Part shown: piece by piece, positions 15,599-23,057 of the stretch
Numbering within the stretch: position 1 is the first letter of the stretch
Layout of the letters: each line of letters starts with the position of its first letter
NCBI GenBank assembly: GCA_017533565.1
Contig: JAFXHU010000008.1
Coordinates: 5,924-69,923 of the forward strand
Source: Clostridia bacterium
GTDB lineage: Bacteria > Bacillota > Clostridia > Oscillospirales > CAG-272
Direction of reading: 5' to 3'
DNA length: 64,000 nucleotides
Position numbers and translations under genes: made by a program
Notes under the pieces: model-generated
Seen by the model: only the letters and a program-made list of their open reading frames with translations
Database searches by the model: none
What the model was told of the DNA's origin: nothing

Positions 15599-16633
15599 AT
15601 GGGAACTATGCTTTATAACGTTAATAATTCTGCTACGCAGGTACTTGCGGCAAAGCAGATTAAGGAGAACCTTTTCGTGTCTCTCCTTCACCGCGACGGC
15701 AAGGGTGTCACCCAGCACACCGAAACCGACGTATCCACCCTTCGTATTCTCAAACCCGCCGTACCTACGGGCTCTGCTCGTACTCTTGGCGCAGCCACTA
15801 ACGGCGGCTGGTTTAACAACGAGGGGGCAGCTATTCAGGATATTCTTGAATACGACCTCAACCTTATTCACATTTACGACCTTATGACCGATATTCCCGA
15901 GGTGCAGGAGGATATGGTACCCGTTTCCGTATTCGACGCTTCTAACAAGAATATCGCAGGTCGTATCGCTACCGAAATCAACGCATCCACTATCGCATAT
16001 CAGCTCGCTGACCGCCTTAACGCGGCAGACACCGCGGATGCGTGGGATAACGTCGCAGTTGTTGAAGGCACCACAGGCAGACCTTCCTACGACGCAGTTA
16101 TGGCAGCATCCGCAAAGCTTGACGACGGCGACGAGGCTCTCGGCATTCAGGGCTACCCCTTCGAGGAAAGACAGCTTCTTATGCGTTCCACCTTCCGCCA
16201 GAAGCTTATGAGCGAGACGGGCGTAATTCTCGGCGGCTCCAACTACTCGCAGTCTATGATTGCAAAGGGCGCACTTTCTCCCGATGCAATGAAGGAGTAC
16301 GGTAATATGTACTGCGGCGAGATTGACCTCATTCCTTGCTTCCTCGTCCCTGCTCCCATTTGGAACAGAGCGGGCGCGTGGGTAGGCTCTACCACCGCAT
16401 TTGCAGGCGTTGATGCCGTTATGTGCGCGGCATCCGCAACCGACCGCGGTATCTCCACTATGGACTACGTTAAGGTAATCGACTCGCCTAACGGTGCTGG
16501 TAAGAGATTACAGCCCAAGGTAAGATGGGGCGTAAACGTTTGCTATGGCTCCGGTATCGTTCCGATCGTTGCTAACGGCACCACCGTACCTACCGCACAG
16601 CTTACCGTTACCGCACCCGCTTCTCGCGCTTAA
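15599..16633 (+). CDS. Major capsid protein
   Basis: 344 aa, directly after the scaffold gene, RBS GAAAGGA. Followed by the strongest terminator in the late region. Confidence 0.7.
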   Translation: MGTMLYNVNNSATQVLAAKQIKENLFVSLLHRDGKGVTQHTETDVSTLRILKPAVPTGSARTLGAATNGGWFNNEGAAIQDILEYDLNLIHIYDLMTDIPEVQEDMVPVSVFDASNKNIAGRIATEINASTIAYQLADRLNAADTADAWDNVAVVEGTTGRPSYDAVMAASAKLDDGDEALGIQGYPFEERQLLMRSTFRQKLMSETGVILGGSNYSQSMIAKGALSPDAMKEYGNMYCGEIDLIPCFLVPAPIWNRAGAWVGSTTAFAGVDAVMCAASATDRGISTMDYVKVIDSPNGAGKRLQPKVRWGVNVCYGSGIVPIVANGTTVPTAQLTVTAPASRA

Positions 16634-16640
16634 TATCTTT

Positions 16641-16672
16641 GAGGACGCCCCTTTTGGGGGTGTCCTCTTTTA
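16641..16672 (+). terminator. Intrinsic terminator after the capsid gene
   Basis: GAGGACGCCCC-TTTT-GGGGGTGTCCTC followed by TTTT. Confidence 0.8.
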
Positions 16673-16739
16673 TGACTATCGGGCGGACCTCACACGGCTC
16701 GACACCGTGGATTGTCACTAAAAAAAGGAGTTTTATTTT

Positions 16740-17171
16740 ATGAATTGTGTACAAAAGTGTATAGAACCGTATAACGACGATTTTCTAATATTCGACGAAT
16801 TAAGCGGACGATACGTTATAACCGAGGAGGGTTTGAAGCGCAAAGGAATTTTTTTACGTGAGAGGCTTGAACGCTATCCCGCAGTAGATGCAACCACGGT
16901 TATTAACGCCTTTTGCGAAAGCGTGGCAAATCTCGTTTATACGTTCTTGCACACCTATGCGGTTTATCCGTGTGCGCTTGACGAATTTATAGCGCATTCT
17001 ACGGAGGCAAGGCGAGCTATATTCAACGCGGAGGCGGAGCAGGCTAAATACGTTTATTTTAACGGCGACCTTACGCTTTCGATAAAAGAGGAGGAGCGTC
17101 GCAATTATATGTCGCCAACCGCGGCGGCTATACTCCAGAATGCGGGATTAACCTATTCGGGAGGCTGTTAA
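16740..17171 (+). CDS. Hypothetical head-tail joining region protein
   Basis: RBS AAAGGAG. Call is by position after the capsid gene. Confidence 0.55.
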   Translation: MNCVQKCIEPYNDDFLIFDELSGRYVITEEGLKRKGIFLRERLERYPAVDATTVINAFCESVANLVYTFLHTYAVYPCALDEFIAHSTEARRAIFNAEAEQAKYVYFNGDLTLSIKEEERRNYMSPTAAAILQNAGLTYSGGC

Positions 17172-17173
17172 AA

Positions 17174-17593
17174 ATGCTTGATATACTCGATATATTGAAC
17201 GGAAGGGCGGCAGAGACAAATCCCGCTACATATTATCCGAGAAAGCCCGAAGCCGTTATTTTTCCCACAAACGAAAAGGAGCTTTACGCTCTCGACGCGG
17301 AGGCTATGCCGATTGACGTGGAAATTCTTGACCCCACCTCTTACGCTTTGCGCTCGCTGTTTTCGGATATAACCGATACAAGCGGCTATCTCGCGGTAAA
17401 GACACGCGACCAGGTGCCGTTCAGAGTTGGAGGCTTTATTGCAACCGCAGACACACGGCTTTATATCATTGATGCGGTTACGGTTGACACGTCCTCCGCA
17501 TCAAAACAGGCTATGCGCTTTAATCCTATTCCGCTTGGCACTACGTATATTTTGAGGCTTATGGAGGTGGAGAACGAAAGGAGGCTTGTATAA
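17174..17593 (+). CDS. Hypothetical head-tail joining region protein
   Basis: Tightly packed with its neighbours; called by position only. Confidence 0.55.
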   Translation: MLDILDILNGRAAETNPATYYPRKPEAVIFPTNEKELYALDAEAMPIDVEILDPTSYALRSLFSDITDTSGYLAVKTRDQVPFRVGGFIATADTRLYIIDAVTVDTSSASKQAMRFNPIPLGTTYILRLMEVENERRLV

Positions 17594-17998
17594 GTGTCCT
17601 TTAAGTTATACCGCACGGCTCATAAAGCGTACAGGCTTATTAAATCAAAAGCACCCGTTGCGTCGGGAAATCTCCGCGACCACGGAATAACAATCGCCAA
17701 GACAGGAATAGGGGAATACACAATATCCATCGGTGCGCCCGAGGCTCCCTATGCTGTTTATACAAACGAGGTATGGGTTGCTCCGCGTTGGAATGGGCAT
17801 AAAAACCCCAACGAGCATTGGATTGACAAGGCGGTAGAGGATGCTGTATTGCAAATAGCCGAGGACCTTGGCGGCAGACTTGCGACGATAGACGGCGAGG
17901 CTGACCGTTGGCTTAATAAATCCTATTGGGACAGCGCGGAGGGTAAAAAGAAATTGGAGGAATACGAAATAGATGATATCTACTCAATTGTTGGCTAA
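17594..17998 (+). CDS. Hypothetical head-tail joining region protein
   Basis: GTG start 10 nt after AGGAGG; called by position only. Confidence 0.5.
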   Translation: MSFKLYRTAHKAYRLIKSKAPVASGNLRDHGITIAKTGIGEYTISIGAPEAPYAVYTNEVWVAPRWNGHKNPNEHWIDKAVEDAVLQIAEDLGGRLATIDGEADRWLNKSYWDSAEGKKKLEEYEIDDIYSIVG

Positions 17999-18962
17999 TC
18001 TTATACAGGAACGTTTGAACGGTGTATTAACCGACGGCGAATATTCAAATATACGCAACTTTGGATTGGACTCTTTTCCGAACAAGCGTTACGAATTTCG
18101 CATTTTTGCCGAGGACGGAGAATATAAAAAAAGCGAGAACAGGGGGGCGGAGGTAAGCGAAGAGCCGACCAACACGTTTACACAGTATATAAACGGAGTT
18201 TTGAAAACCCCCGTGACCTCGGCGGTGGACGGTGCGAGCGTTGATACCTATAACGCGGCGGTAGAGGCGAGCCTTGAGCTTTTAATACCGAACTGTGACG
18301 ATGTTGCAACCTTTACTGACCCCGACGACCCTACCGAGAGCGTAACGGTGAGGCTTCAGGACGCGGTGGCAATCCTTGTAAATACCGTCTTTGGAGTACC
18401 GACGGAAAACTATATAACCGAGGGCGGTATAACCTACTATATAGGCGGGAGATATTCCCGCGCATCCGTTGGAGGGCGGCAGAACAGACCGCAGGTAGGG
18501 CTTTCGGTAATACTTACTACATACATATCCTTTGCCGTTGTTGCGGCGGGTGTTTCAAGCCGTGAAATCAAGCTAAAGATTAACGGCGAAAGCGTATATT
18601 TCAACCGAATAAGCATAGCGCGAACGAGCGTACAGGAGAACAACACGCTATCGGACGATAACATATCCAACGAAAGCGGGATTTACGGTGTGTCAAAGGC
18701 GAGAACAACCGCAACACAGTTAGTCATAGCCTTTTCTGCTCCCGTGCGTCCTGTGGCGTTTAATTCGGCTCTTACGCGCTATATAATGCTCGGTGAGATT
18801 GTGAAAAACGAGGTAGAGCTTACAATGCCGACTGTATATAACGGCGGGGAGCTTGAAACACTGACGAAAACCTATACTATGGTATTCGCGCAGGGAGGAA
18901 CGGCGGGCGAAGAAAACCTTAACGCCTCCTTTGACGTGCGGCTTGTTGAAGAAATGGAGTGA
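17973..18962 (+). CDS. Hypothetical structural protein (possible major tail/tube protein)
   Basis: 329 aa. The functional call is by position only. Confidence 0.5.
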   Translation: MISTQLLANLIQERLNGVLTDGEYSNIRNFGLDSFPNKRYEFRIFAEDGEYKKSENRGAEVSEEPTNTFTQYINGVLKTPVTSAVDGASVDTYNAAVEASLELLIPNCDDVATFTDPDDPTESVTVRLQDAVAILVNTVFGVPTENYITEGGITYYIGGRYSRASVGGRQNRPQVGLSVILTTYISFAVVAAGVSSREIKLKINGESVYFNRISIARTSVQENNTLSDDNISNESGIYGVSKARTTATQLVIAFSAPVRPVAFNSALTRYIMLGEIVKNEVELTMPTVYNGGELETLTKTYTMVFAQGGTAGEENLNASFDVRLVEEME

Positions 18963-18971
18963 TTAAAGGGT

Positions 18972-19496
18972 ATGGCAGACGTAACGTATCGAATTATCAT
19001 AGAGGGAATGGGTAGCGGTGCGGCTGATGCAACACCTAAAACCACGGCGGCAACCCCGTCGGGTGATGACGTATCACCAAAGCCTTCGCCTTCCCCATCG
19101 GGCGGAGGTACGGGCGGCATAGCAGACCTTTACCGTGCGATAAAAAAATCCGCGGCGGTTGGACTTGCCCTTAAATACGTAAATCTTTTCGCAACAACCG
19201 AAATAAACCGCGTGGAGCTTCGGACGGGTCGCGCGACGTATCAAGCGGAATTAAACTATAAAAAATCCGCAGCAATGCGAGGCTTGGCAATTGGCGGCTC
19301 GTTTGTCGGCGCGGCTATAACGGGCAATCCCTTGCTTGCTGTTGCGGGTGTTGTTTCCGCCGTTGACTGGGGTCTTGAAATAGGCATAGCGCAGGAAAAC
19401 CTAAACATCGAAAGAGCCGTAAGCAACGTATCAATCGGTATGGCGAATATCCGCGCGGGTGCTGGCGGCGACCGCTTCGGAAAATCCGGCTATTGA
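18972..19496 (+). CDS. Gly/Ala-rich protein with hydrophobic glycine-zipper segments (possible internal/ejection protein)
   Basis: Contains LAIGGSFVGAAITGNPLLAVAGVVSAV and a Pro/Ser/Gly-rich N-terminal region. The stop TGA is embedded in the next TTGACA. Confidence 0.55.
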   Translation: MADVTYRIIIEGMGSGAADATPKTTAATPSGDDVSPKPSPSPSGGGTGGIADLYRAIKKSAAVGLALKYVNLFATTEINRVELRTGRATYQAELNYKKSAAMRGLAIGGSFVGAAITGNPLLAVAGVVSAVDWGLEIGIAQENLNIERAVSNVSIGMANIRAGAGGDRFGKSGY

Positions 19497-19521
19497 CAAT
19501 ACCTCGGAGGCGTGATATAAT
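19493..19521 (+). promoter_or_regulatory. Consensus promoter TTGACA-N17-TATAAT with TGA extended -10 (moron 3)
   Basis: TTGACA 19493-19498; TGA 19513-19515; TATAAT 19516-19521. Predicted TSS is about 19528, just before RBS GGAGGTG and ATG 19539. Confidence 0.6.
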
Positions 19522-19538
19522 GAGCGCGGAGGTGCATT

Positions 19539-19958
19539 ATGAAAAAAAACATAATTTTGGGTTTGGTAATTTTGCTTGTTTTTGTAATGTTATTTAATAT
19601 CGCCGTATCAATATATTCAATAATTAAAATTGATATGCCGCAAATTGAATCATACGAAAAAGCAAAATCTACAATGGCATTAAATGTTCCAGCAGTGCAA
19701 GAAATTTTAGCCAAATTGAGGCAAGAAATTATAATCGGTATATTACCGAACATTTTGCTTATTGTTACAAGTTTTAGCATACTTTTGTTTTTGTTTTTTA
19801 GTAAAACCATATATTCAACGCTTTTGACGATTTTTTTATCTCTTGGCGAAAAAAAATATGCTTTTGCAAGTAAGCAAAAAGAACGAAAAGCCTTAAAGAA
19901 AAATAATAAAATTTTAAAAATGAAAGCCAAAATTGAAAAATTAGAGAGCGACAAATAG
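19539..19958 (+). CDS. AT-rich moron: small membrane protein (about 3 TM) with basic coiled C-terminus
   Basis: Very AT-rich relative to its flanks. Has hydrophobic helices (LGLVILLVFVMLFNIAVSIY; IIIGILPNILLIVTSFSILLFLFF) and its own promoter and terminator. Confidence 0.65.
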   Translation: MKKNIILGLVILLVFVMLFNIAVSIYSIIKIDMPQIESYEKAKSTMALNVPAVQEILAKLRQEIIIGILPNILLIVTSFSILLFLFFSKTIYSTLLTIFLSLGEKKYAFASKQKERKALKKNNKILKMKAKIEKLESDK

Positions 19959-19970
19959 TCGCTCTTTTTA
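19945..19970 (+). terminator. Intrinsic terminator closing moron 3
   Basis: AGAGCGAC (19945-19952) pairs with GTCGCTCT (19958-19965), followed by a T-run. It overlaps the stop codon. Confidence 0.75.
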
Positions 19971-19983
19971 TTTAGAGGTTAAT

Positions 19984-22900
19984 TTGAACAACATACAATT
20001 TTATATCAAGCAAGACGGGACGTGGCAAAAAATAAATGCTACTCCCGTTTTTCCTTTTTCGGTGGGTGAGCTTCTTGACGAAAGACTTGACGAGGCGTAT
20101 ATTACGTTATACGACAGCCCCGTGGAGCATTACCCCCGACTTACCGAAATTCGCGCGACCATAAACGACGGTACGAACGAGAAGCAGGAGTATTTTATCA
20201 TTGCCTCCGATACCTCGTTAGAGCTTCCGGCAGGTAGTGGAATATATAAGCACGACCTTTACCTTATAGAGCGCACAAAGCTCCTTGAAGGTATTTTTTG
20301 TTCGTCGATTACGTTTACGAACGTTGGAGAAAGAATACAAAGCAGCTTTAAAAAAGATGTTTTAACTGCACCGTGGCAAGGATTAGGAGAGCCATATAAT
20401 AGCAATGTCAAAAGAATAAATGCTTATTATACAAAGCCTTTTACAATCCCCTCTTTAATGGATATAAGCAATTTTCAAAAAAACGGTATTACATATAACG
20501 TTTTTACTTCATCCGCACCAGAAGGATTAGGTTTTCAAAGTATTGTTCCTACCGGCGATGACGGGGAGCAATCAAGAATAGAAATACGCGATGCTCTTAA
20601 TGACAATTTAAAAACCGTTATTTTTTGTCAAACAGAAAATGATTTAAGCCAAAGATTTACAATAAATACAAAACTTTATGATTTAACCGACGGTCTTTAT
20701 TTTATAAAGTATGTTTTTGCTCTTAAATCTGGCAGTCAATATATGGAGCAAAGAATAACATACAGGGTAACTTTTTTAGATGTTGCTTACCCCCTCAAAC
20801 GGTGGACCATAACCGACTGCGTGACGCGTGCTTGCGAGCTTGCCGTCCCCCTTTTCGGAGAGGAAAAGCCTAAATACAGGCTTGACGGTGTGGAATACAA
20901 CGACAACGGAAACGTGGTAAAGCCATATCCCGAGGGGTCGCTTGCCGAAAAATATGACAAAATATTTGCACCCGAGTTTACTCTCACGCAGGACACCTTA
21001 CGCGAGCAGTTAAGGGTGATTTTTTCATACGTACACGCCGAATCGTGGCTTGACGAAAACGATATAATTCGCGTAGAGGAATACGGCGGTACAACCGTTT
21101 CGGGAGCGCAAGAACTGCCCTACGTTTACAGTGCAGGCAAATCCCATATAAACGAGTATTGCACCGAGGTACGCTCTCACGCGCAAAATCTCGCATCCTC
21201 GCTCGGTTATGCAAAGGGCACTATGATTGACCCAGGCAACGGGCTTTATCGCTCCTTACGTACCGACGTGGCTTATGCGCGTATCAACGAGGAAAACGGT
21301 ATCGCGCGAACCGAAAAGCCGATATACAGTATTGACAAGGTTATGTGCGGTATCGCAAATTCGGACGGCTCTTGGTGGCTTGAGCCGGTAGATATTACAT
21401 ATTTTGTTCTTGAAGCAACGGAATACGGCTCAAACACTTCACCTTATTTAAGCGGTAATTATCGTTCGAGGTCTATAACTCTTTATTACACTCTTGGACA
21501 GCCAAATATACAAGGTCTTTTTTACAAAGCTCCTAACGCGACAAACGCATCGACCTATTCACCGTTTGCTATCAGTAATATTTTGTCAGCGGTTACAGGT
21601 CAATTGGCTTCGGATATTGACACAAGGCTCGTAAAAGAATCGGCGGCGGACCTTGTATTTTCCATAACCTACAAGCCTTTATCCAATCACTTTGTATCGC
21701 ACGGCAAGAGCCTTTACGTAGAGGGCGAAACTCCGTTTATACAGCTTTACAACCAGTCGGAAAACGTCGTCGAAAGCCAATATTTCGGCGAGAATTTAAA
21801 GGGCGTGGCGGCTCGCCTCGGTAACGTTGAGGAGGAGCGCACCTTCATTCTCAAAAGCATTAACGATATACCGCGCGTGGGTCAGATGCTCGACGAGTAC
21901 GCGATTTCAGCCGTATCGACCGAATTTTACCCGTGGGATATAAAGTGCACCGTCGGGCTTTCAAAGGATTTTAACCGCATATCCGAATACGTTGGCATTA
22001 ACTCGCAAAAGCGAATGTACGAAGTAAGCGAAAGGCAGGCGACACAGCGCGATATACTCTACAAGGAAACGCTTGTAATCGGTGAAAAGCCGACGGGATA
22101 TACAAACGCAGGCAAGCTGTTTGGAAATCTCGCGCCGTTCAATATCCTTTTTGACAGTAGTGTCGCAAATAACGGTAATTGGCGCGTAACGTTTGCGCGG
22201 TTTATCACCAAAAAAAAGAACGAAACAGCAAATGCCGATGTATTTCTACCCGTAATCGGACGCTCTCTCGGCAATATTATCACCTTTAATTTTGCAACGA
22301 AGGACAATTACAGCGCGGGTGACAGTACGATATTGATTAACGGCAACAATGACGTACAGGGGCGTTGGCAAACCGACGTACCGTATTCAAACTTTTACGG
22401 GCGCGCTTGGTGGGCGGACGTTAAGCTCAATTCAAAAAATGATAACCCCAACGCGATACCGTCGTTATCGTATGAGCTTCCCGATTACGTAAACGTGCCG
22501 ATTGCACCTATTCCGCGCGGAGAAATAAACAACCACCGCCTCCGCAAGGACAACCGCGAAACGCTTTCGTATAACCTCGAGCTTGAAATAAAAACCACCG
22601 TTCCCGACCTCATTATTGGCTCGGCACTTGCGGAGCTTTCGGGCTGGGTAAACGACACCGACGTAAACCCCGTGCTTTATTTCGTTGATTCGGAGCGAAA
22701 AATATCCAAATTCGACAAGAAATTCACCCCGACGGAACGTGATATATTCTATGGAGATTTTGACAGCTCCCGTGGAGTTAATAACTCGTGGAGAACGGGG
22801 CTTAATAACGACTTCTCCCTTTATCTTTCTATCACAAATCCCACCAAGGGCGAATACGGCTGGGTGATATGCACACCTATCGAGACTGTTACCGAAACCG

Positions 22901-23037
22901 TAGAGGACGACGACGGCTTTGATATGGAGGTAAGCTATCAGACGGGCGGCGAGATACTTCTTGCAAGTAACAAGCCACTCCCACCGTACAGCTCTACCGC
23001 TACAACCACCTACGATTTTTACGTTACAAAAGATTAA
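19984..23037 (+). CDS. Large tail/baseplate-associated structural protein (1017 aa)
   Basis: TTG start 5 nt after AGAGG. Composition is beta-rich and aromatic-rich, not coiled-coil, so it is not tape-measure-like. Lies before the fibre gene. Confidence 0.65.
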   Translation: MNNIQFYIKQDGTWQKINATPVFPFSVGELLDERLDEAYITLYDSPVEHYPRLTEIRATINDGTNEKQEYFIIASDTSLELPAGSGIYKHDLYLIERTKLLEGIFCSSITFTNVGERIQSSFKKDVLTAPWQGLGEPYNSNVKRINAYYTKPFTIPSLMDISNFQKNGITYNVFTSSAPEGLGFQSIVPTGDDGEQSRIEIRDALNDNLKTVIFCQTENDLSQRFTINTKLYDLTDGLYFIKYVFALKSGSQYMEQRITYRVTFLDVAYPLKRWTITDCVTRACELAVPLFGEEKPKYRLDGVEYNDNGNVVKPYPEGSLAEKYDKIFAPEFTLTQDTLREQLRVIFSYVHAESWLDENDIIRVEEYGGTTVSGAQELPYVYSAGKSHINEYCTEVRSHAQNLASSLGYAKGTMIDPGNGLYRSLRTDVAYARINEENGIARTEKPIYSIDKVMCGIANSDGSWWLEPVDITYFVLEATEYGSNTSPYLSGNYRSRSITLYYTLGQPNIQGLFYKAPNATNASTYSPFAISNILSAVTGQLASDIDTRLVKESAADLVFSITYKPLSNHFVSHGKSLYVEGETPFIQLYNQSENVVESQYFGENLKGVAARLGNVEEERTFILKSINDIPRVGQMLDEYAISAVSTEFYPWDIKCTVGLSKDFNRISEYVGINSQKRMYEVSERQATQRDILYKETLVIGEKPTGYTNAGKLFGNLAPFNILFDSSVANNGNWRVTFARFITKKKNETANADVFLPVIGRSLGNIITFNFATKDNYSAGDSTILINGNNDVQGRWQTDVPYSNFYGRAWWADVKLNSKNDNPNAIPSLSYELPDYVNVPIAPIPRGEINNHRLRKDNRETLSYNLELEIKTTVPDLIIGSALAELSGWVNDTDVNPVLYFVDSERKISKFDKKFTPTERDIFYGDFDSSRGVNNSWRTGLNNDFSLYLSITNPTKGEYGWVICTPIETVTETVEDDDGFDMEVSYQTGGEILLASNKPLPPYSSTATTTYDFYVTKD

Positions 23038-23057
23038 CAAAAAAGGAGACAAAAGGA

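Noticed and set aside
19490-19954. 154-aa minus-strand ORF antisense to moron 3.
   Set aside because: The promoter, RBS and terminator are all oriented for the + strand ORF. The antisense translation is low-complexity (Lys/Phe/Ile-rich) because of the AT-rich DNA.
19984-23037. The 1017-aa protein as the tape measure.
   Set aside because: Its composition is beta-rich and aromatic-rich and lacks the long helical coiled-coil and Ala/Lys/Glu bias of tape measures. I left it as a generic tail/baseplate protein.
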